A DNA stretch of 64,000 bases, taken from the NCBI GenBank assembly GCA_951406725.2, contig OX597822.1, forward strand, positions 44,020,001-44,084,000, given 5' to 3'. The notes beneath the pieces are model-generated. The model ran no database searches. It had not been told where the DNA came from and saw only the letters and a program-made list of their open reading frames with translations. Below, piece by piece: positions 13,060-25,970 of the stretch. Positions within the stretch are counted from its first letter, which is position 1; every line of letters begins with the position of its first letter. The translations under genes were made by a program, and so were the position numbers. This stretch comes from Octopus vulgaris. Lineage: Eukaryota.

Positions 13060-13224
13060 TAATCAAAATAAAAACATGATGCCAAGGATTCAGCGGTACA
13101 TATGTTTCGGGCCTTTATTAGACGGATTTATAACAATGCATAATGTATGTCTGTGGCCTTCTTCAGCCGCGCACAACATGTACCGCTGAATCCTTGGCAT
13201 CATGTTTTTATTTTGATTAATTTA
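13055..13224. repeat. Perfect 47-bp inverted repeat next to (TA)n, enclosing a hammerhead
   Basis: 13055-13101 is the exact reverse complement of 13178-13224. Confidence 0.95.
13093..13170 (-). ncRNA. Type I hammerhead ribozyme (minimal, PLE-type)
   Basis: GCGG-CUGAAGA-a-GGCC..(agac/gucu)..GGCC-c-GAAAC-auau-GUA-CCGC: canonical core, stem I GCGG/CCGC, palindromic stem III ACAUAUGU, GUA triplet. Confidence 0.8.
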
Positions 13225-13308
13225 CTCCACCACCTACACCACCAAACGGTATATACAGGTGCTTACAATTATCAAGTACTCACCCCGAATTTCTATATAT
13301 ATATATAT

Positions 13309-13375
<67 letters not shown>

Positions 13376-13589
13376 TGCACAGATACATATAGGTACGTAA
13401 ATATATATATATATATGTTTCTATGCGCATGTATGTATATATATACACACACTTAAGTATGTATCAGTATATTTATATATATATATATATATATATATAC
13501 TCATACACATACGCGCAATCACGAATATATACATCTCTACATATTTTTATGTATGTATATATATATATACACAAATATATATATATGCA

Positions 13590-13621
<32 letters not shown>

Positions 13622-13644
13622 AATATGTAAATACACACACACAT

Positions 13645-13707
<63 letters not shown>

Positions 13708-14233
13708 TGTGTACGTATGCGTGTGTATGGATAATACATACATATACAGGTCACTATACCCAACTCATACAAGATTCGCCTGTTCTAAAAATGAGGTCCG
13801 TTTATTAAAAGTGCTCGATAAAAAATTAAAAACCAATTATGCCACAATCGATAGGAGTGAACGAACGGGAAAGAACGAGACAATAGAAAGGGAACATTAA
13901 ATATACACCCACTTATACGCACAGGCATAAATGTACAAACACACAGAACACAGATACACAAACACACATGCACACATGCACACACAAATATATATATTTG
14001 TCTGTGTGTGTAGATATATATATATATATATATATATAAAGAGGTTTGCATGTATATGTATGAATGTATACATGTATGTGCCTATGAATTATGTCCTACA
14101 AAGTTTGCAAATAAATACTTGGATATCTTGAAAGGTTGACAGGGTAGAATATTAACTTAAAATATTCATGCGACGGGAAGAGTTACGTTGTGCATTTTCA
14201 ATGCCTATAAATAGTCATTCAAATATCATACAT

Positions 14234-14335
<102 letters not shown>

Positions 14336-14338
14336 ATG

Positions 14339-14371
<33 letters not shown>

Positions 14372-14747
14372 GTATGTGTATACATATATATATATATATG
14401 TGTGTGTGTATATATGTATGTATATATATATATATATATATACACATATATATTTGTGTGTACATGTGTGCATATGCGTGTGTGTGCCCATTTGTATATA
14501 TATGTGTGTGCCCATTTGTATATATATGTCTGTGCGTATGAGTGGGTACATCAACGTATGTATGAACCTTATAGGTTTTGTGGTGCAAGTATCAATTTAT
14601 TTGAAAGTGAGATTTTTTTTGCGGAAATTGTACAAGATATTCAGACATAAATTAGCAGTTGAGTACAACTCAAGCCATTGATAAATATATATATGTATAT
14701 GTATGTGTGTATGTATGTATATATATATGTATATGTATGTGTGTATG

Positions 14748-14798
<51 letters not shown>

Positions 14799-16239
14799 AT
14801 CTTTATATATATATATATAACTGTATATTCACATTTATGTATACGTATATGTATGTGTATCTATACATATGTATGTTTATATATATGCATATGAATACAT
14901 CAATAAAGTTCTACCGAAACAGCTGTAGACTTTTAAATCAGGCCATTTGCTTTCTTTTTTGAATACAAGTATATAAGTGTGTGCATGTAAAGTTAAAACT
15001 TCTCAGACAGAATACTGCGGTCGATAGAATTTGGTTTCATGTGCACTCGAAAAATACAAAGAATGTACGTTGTACCTTTCTTTTTCGAGAAGCTTTTAAT
15101 AAAAGACCATTAACCTCTACGTTCCTATCACGTTCGGAGTACTTTATCTGAAAGCCTTTCTATTTGATTGAAGCACCAGATTCCACGATAATACAGAAAT
15201 ATAGGTTTATGTATACGATGTATGTACGTTGTACAAATACAGACAAACATATATGTGGTTGTCGCATTTTGCTCGAATGTTCAAGAATTTCGCTTCGCAA
15301 CTATAAGGAATCGGTATCGACTCCACTGCGTGGTTCCAATATTCATGTGTAATTTTTTATAACTTGTGTTTGATTCATTGATTGTTTGTGAAATTAGATA
15401 GATGGAAACTATATCGAAACCTGTCGAGTAAATCTTATGTGGAATTTCAAACAACTGTAACTTTGTCATGCACTAAACTGTGTTATGCTAATTCTACGAG
15501 AGAATTATGTTCAGTGTACATATGTCTTTGGAATATTCAGCCTGTTACATGTTAATTCAGGAGGAAGTAATTCAGTTAATCAAATGACAGAAACCTCTTC
15601 GCCCCAGAGCGAGACCCACGCCCATATACATATACAGTCAGGAATTGTGTGCATTTGTAAGTTTTGGGGCAAAACATTACTGCGGTCATTTCACGTTACT
15701 CCAGCCTGCTCAACGGTAGATGTATATGCCATGCAAGGGATTAACCTTCCGTTCATGGAGAGTGTTGGCTTGCTCAACTAGTCAGCGGAGTAGCGCCTTT
15801 CGAAAGCTGAACAATGTAAAACTCATTCTGAACAATAGCAGATCGCGTGGCTGTGTGGTAAGAAGCTTGCTTCCCAACCACATGGTTCCAGATTCAGTCC
15901 CACTTCGTGGCACCTTGGGCAAGTGCCTTCTACTATAGCTTTGGGGCGACTAAAGCATTGTGAGAGGAAACTGAAATAACCCCGTCGTATAGATATTTGC
16001 GACACTTTCCTTTTCTAACAACTCTAATTCCTCTCACCCTCTCTCTCGTCTTCTTACACTTAATTGTAGACTTTCTCCCATTCTTCCCCTGTTCTCTCTT
16101 GCTCCGTCTGTCTGTCTGTTTCTCTCTCTCTGCCACTATCACTCCCTCCGTCCCTTCTCTCTTCTACCCACACATATCAGTGACTTTTTTTCTATCTTCC
16201 GTCTTTTTGCCACTGGACGCCTATATTTGTTGTCCTCTT

Positions 16240-16358
<119 letters not shown>

Positions 16359-16359
16359 T

Positions 16360-16760
16360 CTTTTCTACTCTAGACACAAGGCTCGAAATTTGGGGGGGGA
16401 GGGGGACATTTAATTAGATCTACCGCAGTACGCAACTGTTACTTAATTTCTCGACCCTGTAAGGATGAAAGGCAAAGTCCACCTCAGCGGAATTTGAACT
16501 CAGAACGTAACGGCAGACGAAATACCTATTTCTTTACTACCCACGAGGGGGGGGGTAAACACAGAGTGGACAAACAAGGACAGACAAACGTATCAAGTTG
16601 ATTACTTCGACCCCAGTGCGCAACTGGTATTTATTTAATCGACACCGAAATGATGAAAGGCAAAGTCGACCTCGGCGGAATTTGAATTCAGAACGTAACG
16701 GCAGACGAAATACCGCTAAGAATTTCGCCGGTGCGCTAACGATTCTGCCTGCTCGCCGCA
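16360..16760 (-). mobile_element. MetaSINE-like SINE (family B), two partial tandem copies
   Basis: gcggcgagcaggcagaatcgttagc head, gagttcaaattcc B box, gcctttcatc..gtcgat domain; other copies near 52820(-), 54610(-) and 57990(-). Confidence 0.8.
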
Positions 16761-16805
16761 TTAATATATATATATACATATGTGTGTGTGTGAGCTTAAA
16801 TGTCA

Positions 16806-16946
16806 GCCATGACTAAAGAAAATAGTTTAATATGGGGGCATATAAACCCACGACGGAAAAATCTACCGTTCCTGTACGCTTAACCCTACTTTTTTCCATT
16901 GAGGGCTTATATGCCCCAATATTAGACTATTTGCTTTAGTCCTGGC
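16806..16946. repeat. ~140-bp imperfect hairpin
   Basis: gccatgactaaagaaaatagtttaatatgggggcatataaaccc pairs with gggcttatatgccccaatattagactatttgctttagtcctggc. Confidence 0.85.
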
Positions 16947-17379
16947 GCGGTGATCGCTTATAAGGTTTAAGATTATGAAATATTACGATTATTATTTACA
17001 CAACTGTAAAAATCATACATACATACATACATACATACATACATACAGGCATACGTTCTCACACATGCATACATGCACACACACACACACAAACACACAC
17101 ATATATATGAACTTGTTCCTAAACATAGGCATATCTTTCAATGCGTTGTGGAAATGTCCTTTTTCTTTTTCGAGTAGATACGCGATAGATTTTAAATATT
17201 TCTTAACCAGTAAAACAGCAAAACACTCATGGGGCCTGAAGGATGCTGTGCATCATGAATCAAATATACTTTACATTCCAAATATATTGATTTCTTTCTT
17301 GGGCTGTTGGTTCTTTGATCATACAATTAGTTACATCATGTAACTCTTTCTCTCTCTCTCTCTCTCTTTCTCATTCTGC

Positions 17380-17443
<64 letters not shown>

Positions 17444-17444
17444 G

Positions 17445-17476
<32 letters not shown>

Positions 17477-17513
17477 TGTATAAATATACATATATATATA
17501 TACATATATATAC

Positions 17514-17596
<83 letters not shown>

Positions 17597-17625
17597 CATA
17601 TACATATATACATATATATATATAC

Positions 17626-17674
<49 letters not shown>

Positions 17675-17708
17675 CGTGTATATGTTACTATCTCTATATT
17701 TATATGTA

Positions 17709-17747
<39 letters not shown>

Positions 17748-17850
17748 ATGTATTTTGACGTCATAAGAATTTATAGGGTTTCGAGAAAACATGAAATAAA
17801 TTGCTATTGAAACAGTGGATCTTAGATACATATATATATATATCTATCTA

Positions 17851-17891
<41 letters not shown>

Positions 17892-17923
17892 ATATATATA
17901 CATATATATATATTTATATATAT

Positions 17924-17965
<42 letters not shown>

Positions 17966-17968
<3 letters not shown>

Positions 17969-19490
17969 CCATCCACCACATACAAAACGTAACATCCCAT
18001 ACTGCCTAGCCAGAAGAATTTGTACTATTGTAGAAGATGCAAATATCAGGAACAAACGCCTAATAGAACTAAGAGAATTTTTGCTCAAACAAAAATACCC
18101 ATCTCTACTTATAGAAAATGGCATACAGCGGGCTATAAAAATACCTATACAACAACTTAGGACAACCCAAGGAAGAGGAAAACAAGAACAAGTCATACCA
18201 TTCATAGTGACACACAACCCATGTCACCAGAATATCTTCAACATTGCCAAAGCAAACCTACCGATCATTGCCCAAAGTAATGAATTAAAAGACATAATCA
18301 AGGATCGAGCTATGGTGCTTAGTAAAAGACAGCCTAAAAACTTGAAAACATTACTAACAAAGGCAAAATTTAACCTCAGCAACAAAGACCAAACATTCAC
18401 GGTATCTAAATGCAATGATAGCCGATGTGGCACATGCCAATTCATACATACCGGTCAATATATAAACACAAAAACCGGGAAAATATTCACAAACGCGAAT
18501 ATGAACTGCAAAAGCAGAAATTTAATTTACTGCATCAAATGCCCAAATTGTGAAGAAATATATGTAGGTCAGACGGGAAACGCACTATTAGAACGCTCAC
18601 GTGTACACCGGCAACAGATTAGAGACCCAGAGGTCCGTCAGATACCTTTGAGTAACCACCTAGCAACATGTGGTCGGAAAATATATATAATATTTCCATT
18701 CTACAAATTACACAGCCCAAGTGAAATCGAGAGGAAAATCAGAGAAAAGAATTTTATTGATAAATTCGAACCCAAGCTAAATAAGCAATAATAATAATAC
18801 TTAGAGGTATTACTTCCACTGCTACGACCATGACCACTAACAACAACAACAATACTAAAGGTGATCAAGAGGAAGATAGCAGGAAAATTATCTTATTTAG
18901 GGTTAAAAGTTCTATTGCCACCACCATCACCACTAGCAACAATAATTAAGGTGCTGACAATGATGATGATGACAATTGAAATATAAAAATATAAAAATCT
19001 CTGACAAAGGATATTTACAACATTTCTAAAAATAACCCAACAATTGCTGCTTCGGCCAGGGTCAAGATACAGGACTCTTGACCTGTCCAACAAAGCGTGA
19101 TGCCTAAACCAATCAGCTCAACCAACCAATCAGCTTAAGTAATTGAGTGATACTACACACTGATTGGTCAGAATACAGTTTGCAAAACCTAGCACTCTGG
19201 AGCCTACCCAGCTGTATTTATAGCACAGAATCACTCATCTTGCTACAGTCAAAAATTGTGAAGCATGACTGTCAACACTACTACATGAACCCGAAGATTG
19301 CAGAATTCAATGCATGAAAGTACTAGTTCAATCAGAATGAATATTTAACATTCTACTATTTCATTTTATTTTATTCAATTATAATATATTATCTTATAAT
19401 ATATCATTATAAGATTGTAAATAAAACGTGAAAATCAGACAAGGTTGGAATTCTTTTTATTAATATATTCTTCTATACACAATCACACAC
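17966..19490 (+). mobile_element. 5'-truncated PLE (second Neptune/Naiad-like family) between (TA)n arrays
   Basis: Open frame 17967-18791: [57 protein letters not shown]; followed by a ~700-bp 3' UTR with CCAAT boxes and a hammerhead motif. Confidence 0.92.
19286..19330 (+). ncRNA. Minimal hammerhead motif in PLE 3' UTR (U4C core change)
   Basis: UGAAC-CCGAAGA-u-UGCA(gaauucaa)UGCA-u-GAAAG-ua-CUA-GUUCA; perfect 5-bp stem I, palindromic AGUACU stem III. Confidence 0.7.
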
Positions 19491-19583
19491 ACCCATATAT
19501 ATATATATCTATATGTATGTATATATACATATATATATATACGTGTATATGTTACTATCTCTCTCTCTATATATATATATATA

Positions 19584-19645
<62 letters not shown>

Positions 19646-20034
19646 ATGTATTTTGACGTCATAAGAATTAATAGGTTTCGAAAAAACATGAAATAAATTG
19701 CTATTGAAACAGTGGATCTTAGATCACATATATATTATATGCTTCGCGTTCCACTGTTACACAATAGACATATTTCACCTATAAATATGTATATGTATAT
19801 GTTTGTGTTTGTCCACCCATCGCTTGACATCCGATGTTGATGTATTTACGTCCCTGTTACTTAGCGGTTCGGCAAAAGGTACTGATAGAATAAATGCTAG
19901 TCTTACATCGAAGAAGTCCTTGGGGACGACTTGTTCGACTAAAGACGGTGCTCCAGCATGGCCGCAGTCAAATAGTTGAAACAAATAAAAGAATACAAAA
20001 AGATTAAAAAGAATATATATATATATATATGTGT

Positions 20035-20072
<38 letters not shown>

Positions 20073-20082
20073 ATATATATAT

Positions 20083-20316
20083 AGAGAGAGAATTCGCAAA
20101 AAACAAAAGACGAAGACGGGTAGTGTAGTCAACAAACAGAAGTATTGGTTTAACGCTCGGGAAGTGAAAAAGTATTTAACGTTTCGAGCATGCGCTCTTC
20201 CACAGAAAGGAATACAGAAAGAAACAAGGAGAGAAAATACAGAAAGCGTAGTGGATAGCTATCTATCAAGCCAATGCCGCACAGAATGGTCACACAGGAG
20301 AAATAGGAAGAAGGGG

Positions 20317-20318
<2 letters not shown>
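20083..20318 (-). mobile_element. Short (TA)n-flanked non-coding element with CUGUGGA hammerhead (20174-20209)
   Basis: cuuu-CUGUGGA-a-gagc(gcau)gcuc-GAAAC-GUU-aaau; downstream gagcgttaaac..cttcgtcttttgtt shared with the other copies. Confidence 0.7.
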
Positions 20319-20376
<58 letters not shown>

Positions 20377-20640
20377 AACTAAAATTATTGAACAAACAAA
20401 TGCAAGGTCATCCGCATATCATTTCATAATTCGAACATTTAATCATAGAATATACATATAAACATCCCGCAAGATGGAACATAATTCATCTGTATAAGCA
20501 GACTAGCACATAATAATAATAAGGTGCGAGAAAAAAATTCTTATCATCAAAAATTTAGAGTTAATATTTTAGCGATTCAGAAAAAATACATTTTTTTAAA
20601 AAAGACGTATAATTAATATTGATATATAATATATATATAT

Positions 20641-20856
20641 AACGGGAAGCTTTATGAAAATAAACAAAAGACGAAGGCAGGTGGAATACAAACAAACAAT
20701 TGTATTAGTAAGGCGCTCAGGAATATAAATAAAACAAGTCTTTTACGTTTCGAGCCTACGCTCTTCAACAGAAAGATACACAGAAAAGAAACACGGAGAG
20801 AAACAAGGAGAGAAAAAAATGCGTGCAGAAGCTAGCGAATCAACATGGCGATTTGG

Positions 20857-20858
<2 letters not shown>
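20641..20858 (-). mobile_element. Short (TA)n-flanked non-coding element with CUGUUGA hammerhead
   Basis: (TA)n on both sides; its 3' half recurs almost identically at 63301-63397 (+). Confidence 0.75.
20739..20776 (-). ncRNA. 38-nt minimal hammerhead with A6U variant core
   Basis: UCUUU-CUGUUGA-a-GAGC(guag)GCUC-GAAAC-GUA-AAAGA; stem I 5 bp, stem II 4 bp, loopless palindromic ACGU stem III. Confidence 0.7.
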
Positions 20859-20894
<36 letters not shown>

Positions 20895-21531
20895 TTATAT
20901 ATATTTATATATATATATATACATATATATGCATATACATATATACACAGTGAACCCATATTGTATTGTACCTCTTCATGCCGAATATTGAATAAATTAA
21001 ACGAAATCCGAATTAACAGAATAAGTTCTAACATTGACTTATTGACTTCGACCATTTTTGTTTATCAGTGTTGTAGGGAGGCATAATATTTTATGCAGGA
21101 CTACTTGCACGTTGCACTCCGACCGAAGATGGTGAATTCCAAATGGAGATTAATTTTATCCAATAGTATAATCATGGATCATAACTGGAAACTAATTGAT
21201 CTGTCGCTCTACGTTTTATTGTAATAATTGCTACGAGCTAGCGGTAGCTAATATTCGTTAGCTCTCTCATGGCGTGTATTGAGCTGATGTTAAAACAATA
21301 CGTGAATGGCAAGAACAATACGAGTGTTGTTTTATCAGAACACATCTTGTTTATTAATTTTCGTACATCTGTCTAAGAAATATACGCTTTCCTTCTAACA
21401 CATCTTCAACCTAACTAAAGTCCTTATCTACTGAGTATTTGAACATGGGCATCAGTTATTCTAGCTGACTTGTTCTATTCATATTCAATCAGTTCTATAT
21501 TTAAGAGATGAGGAATTATGTACGTTATTTA

Positions 21532-21605
<74 letters not shown>

Positions 21606-21607
<2 letters not shown>

Positions 21608-21790
21608 TAGTTTTATTTTTATAGCGTGCTTTCACTTCACTACCGAGCGCAGCTCTGTGTGCCTTGGGTATGTGCTGTGATTTGTTGTGATGCTCTGATG
21701 GTTACTGTATGGAGAGTGTTCTGCGTAGGATGTGTGCAGTGCCTAGTAGTGCAATTTTCTGTATGTTATATGTGTTTGTAAGTCCTGGTG
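21606..21790 (-). mobile_element. 3' end of R4/Dong-like (RLE) non-LTR element in (AAT)n
   Basis: PGLTNTYNIQKIALLGTAHILRRTLSIQ* followed by a short UTR; (AAT)n on both sides. Confidence 0.75.
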
Positions 21791-21817
21791 TTATATAATA
21801 ATAATATATTATTATTA

Positions 21818-21891
<74 letters not shown>

Positions 21892-21894
<3 letters not shown>

Positions 21895-21960
21895 CTCACT
21901 GCTTGGAATCGAACTCGGAATCTTGGGGTTATTAGCCCGCGCTCTTAACCACTACGCCAC
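21892..21960 (-). mobile_element. tRNA-derived head followed by (AAT)n
   Basis: A box TGGCGTAGTGG (21949-21959), B box GTTCGATTCC (21905-21914); an inverted partial copy of the B-box segment lies at 21973-21997. Confidence 0.75.
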
Positions 21961-21994
21961 GACATATAGCGTAGTTCGATTCCAGGCAGTGTCT

Positions 21995-22088
<94 letters not shown>

Positions 22089-22146
22089 CAACAACAACAT
22101 CAAAAAAAGCCTTAGGAATGATAAACCAGTTTCGAAATTTCCCTAA

Positions 22147-22192
22147 GGCACCTGATGAAGGCTGGAGGGTATATCAGCCGAAACGTTGTGTT
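22147..22192 (+). ncRNA. Minimal type I hammerhead ribozyme
   Basis: GGCAC-CUGAUGA-a-GGCUG(gaggguauau)CAGCC-GAAAC-GUU-GUGUU; canonical core, palindromic AACGUU stem III. Confidence 0.85.
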
Positions 22193-22468
22193 AACAACAA
22201 ACCAGATTAGGATAAATATCCGTCAAATGTAAATAATGTAAATAATTTACATATTCAGTCAGTCCATTACTTATATAGGATTTATACATTTTCTTATCCG
22301 CTTTCAAACTTCCGTCTAATAATCACTACATTTTGTCGAATCATCAGGTACATACACCGATATTGGTGTTTAAGCGGGGCAGAGGCAGACACAAACAGGC
22401 ACATATACACATACATACGTGTATTCAGAAGTATTTACAGAATACTTGTATGTATGTATGTACGTGTG

Positions 22469-22569
<101 letters not shown>

Positions 22570-22659
22570 ACTTATCTATCTCACCTTCTCTTTCTATATA
22601 TGTATGTTTTTGTCTGTGCACGCGTATGTATTTACATGTGTGATATATATATATATATG

Positions 22660-22696
<37 letters not shown>

Positions 22697-22832
22697 TACG
22701 TATGTGCGTGTATGCGTGTATGTATTTATATGTATATATATATATATATATATAGATGTGTGTGTGTGTATGTGTGTGTGTGTGTGTGCATGTATATATG
22801 TGTGTGTATCTGTATTTGTATGTGTGTGTATT

Positions 22833-22863
<31 letters not shown>

Positions 22864-23093
22864 GCGTGTGTGTGTGTGTAATATATGGTATAATTATAAA
22901 CGGCAAATTTTTATCCATGATGAACAACCTCATTCGATTTCTCAAACCTTATTGGCTTCTCATCAGAGGTGTCTACATCATTCGAACAGTCTCCAGAGAA
23001 ACAAGCAGCGAAACTGTTTATAATCTCAACAAATGCAGCAGTTACTCTATGAAAGAGTCCCTAATGTGCATACCGAAAGTACACAAATATATA

Positions 23094-23140
<47 letters not shown>

Positions 23141-24429
23141 GTGTGTGTGTGTGTGTGTGCGTGTGTGTGTGTGTGTGTGTAAACAACAGTCATCCACACA
23201 CATTTCGTCACTCAAATTCACTCGTAAGTCATTGGTCAATCCGAATTTGCAGGAGACACTTGTGTAATTTGCCGCGCAACAGAACTGAACCCAAAGTGGC
23301 ATGATTATAAACAAACTTCTAAACCATACACGGTGATGATTTTTGCCTATAACTTATAAACCTAAAAGTAATTTCCTGCATAATAATTCTGGTCTTGCGA
23401 TAAAACGAACATAAACACGCTGTAATTCATTAATAAGACATTTCCAGAAGCAAAGGTTAAATCAGGTCGAAATTTTATGTTGATCCGTTAGCAACACTTC
23501 TGCCAAACTGTTAGGACAAACATGGCGACATATTGCGCACTGACAATAAATGACACACCTAACATGACACAGCTTACGTTACTCTACAATCACTTTTAAG
23601 TGGTTCAACTGTGTATTTTACGTCATAGTTTTTTAAGGTCAGGTCATGGTTTTAAGGGGGCGCATGCGCCGTTGCAGTGTGTTGCTGCATTTACCTTTTG
23701 TCGGTATATTCTCGGGTCCTCCCGGACAACTCGTCGACCAAAGTCCCAGTCGGTCCCCATCTCCGTGTGATATCTCCAAATCTGTCGTGACCATGCGGCA
23801 TGTGATCGACCAACACGAGCCGTCAACCCAGCCGTATCCGCAGTGAAGAGAAGAGAACCGTATAAGCTAGGTCTAAATCGGAAAAATCGAGCAACACGTT
23901 TATGGTTTTAAGGGAGGCTGTTAATTTAGGGAAGAAACAAGTAACCCTGTCACTGAAACGGAAACAGGGGCTTGAAGAGAAGCTAAAAGCTAGGATTTAG
24001 TAGGAAGTGTTTGTGCAAACTGATGTTAAAAAGGAAACAATACTCATCATAGGTAAGGTCAGACTGTGTGCATTTTTCTCAAATGAGATTTTGATTAAGA
24101 TTCTAAATTCTAAACTATTTGCTGTTGGTGCAAGGAAACGTATTAAAGGTACAGAAGATGAAAAATAAATATCTGGAGAAAGCAATGACGTAGTATTCTG
24201 TCAAGCGGCGATCCTGTTATAATAAAATGTGTGGCGTAGAAATGATTGCTTCGGAGTTAATTAGGTGTGTGTGAGATAAGACCGGTGCTTTAGGCAATTT
24301 GGAAAACATTTTGAACTAGGTTTATAAGACTAACGGTGGTGAAGAAGGCAACACATTAACTGAAGTAATCGAAAGGTCCATCAACAACTTCAACCCCTGG
24401 ATAGTTACTGTCCTGTGTCCTACACCTCA

Positions 24430-24640
24430 TGGGGGCAGTTATCCGATTTCCAAGAAGCATAAGTGATCAAGGACGGGACGCCAGTCCGTTGTAGAATTAC
24501 AGCTTTACAGCTGAGTGGATTGAACTGGAGCAAGAGTAAGTGAAGTGATTTGCTCAAGAACAAGGCATAGAACGGTCTCGGAATCGAAACCCTGACCTTG
24601 CGATCGTAAGTGCAAAACTATAACCACTAAACCACGCGTC
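24430..24640 (-). mobile_element. tRNA-derived SINE (CORE/V-like domains)
   Basis: gtggtttagtgg A box, gtttcgattcc B box, ttgagcaaatcactt, ggactggcgtcccgtcc. Confidence 0.7.
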
Positions 24641-24927
24641 TTTACGTTGATACATCCAGGAAGAGATTAAATAAATTAAGTGTAAAAGAGCCCCCAATTC
24701 CCAAAGTCGAGATTATAACCGGGATGGAATTAAATCGTATTGGCAATCACTATCGCGAAATATCTGGGCTTTTAAGTGTGAAGCATCGGAACCTAATCGT
24801 AAATTGAATTAGGAACGCTTTTCGGTGATGTGACGAACGAATAGAAGCGGCATGCACCTGTTAAAGTTAATGGTAGTAGGAAGATAAACACATCCGGTTA
24901 TGTTGAAAGGCATCATGCACATGATAA

Positions 24928-25970
24928 GGCGGCGAGCTGGCAGGAATGTTAGCACGCCGGGCGAAATGCGTAGCCGTATTTCGTCTGCCGTTACGTTCTG
25001 AGTTCAAATTCCGCCGAGGTCGACTTTGCCTTTCATCCTTTCGGGGTCGATAAATTAAGTACCAGTTACTCACTGGGGTCGATATAATCGACTTTATCCA
25101 TTTGTCTGTCGATGTTTGTTCTCTCTGTGTTTAGCCCCTTGTGGGTCGTAAAGAAATAGGTATTTCGTCTGCTGTCACTTTCTGAGTTCAAATTCCGCCG
25201 AGGTCGACTTTTCCTTTATTCCTTTCGGGGTCGATGAATTAAGTACCAGTTACGCACTCCGGTGGATGTAATCGACTTAATCCCTTTGTCTGTCCTAGTT
25301 TGTCCCCTCTATGTTTAGCTCCTTGCGGGCAATAAAGAAATAAGAAACGTTAGCATGCCGTGCGAAATGCTTAGAGGTATTTTGTCTGTCTTTACGTTCT
25401 GAGTTCGAATTCCGCTGAGGTCGGCTTTGCCTTCCATCATTTTATGGTCGATAAATTAAGTACCAGTTGCATACTGGGGTTGATTTAATCGACTGGCCCC
25501 CGCCCCAGCCAAAAAAATAATAATTTCTGGCCTTGTGCCTAGAGTAGAAAATATTATTTAGTCCTACTATGGCGACGAGCTGGCAGAATCGTTAGCACGC
25601 CGGGCGAAATGCTCAGCGGTATTTCGTCTGTCGTTACGTTCTAAGGTCAAATTCTGCCGAGGTCGACTTTGCCTTACATCCTTTCGGAGTCGATAAATTA
25701 AGTACCAGTTACGCACTGGGGTCCATGTAATCGACTTAATGCGTTTGTCTGTCCTTGTTTGTCCTCTTTGTGTTTAGCATCTTGTGGGTAGTGAAGAAAT
25801 AAAGATTACGTTTATCTTTATGTTCTGAGTTTAAATTGTGCTGAGGTCGACTTTGCTTTCCATCCTTTCGGGGTCGATAAATTAAGTACCACTTGCGTAT
25901 TTGGGTCTATCTAATCGACTGGCCCTCTCCACCAAAATTTCAGGCCTTATGCCTAGAGTAGAAAAGAATA
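24928..25970 (+). mobile_element. Tandem array of about five family B (MetaSINE-like) units
   Basis: ttctgagttcaaattccgccgaggtcgactttgcctttcatcctttcggggtcgataaattaagtaccag (with variants) recurs at ~24995, 25180, 25397, 25640 and 25825. Confidence 0.9.

Noticed and set aside
21892-21960. Functional tRNA gene
   Set aside because: A/B boxes are present but there is no proper acceptor stem; it runs into (AAT)n like a SINE head.
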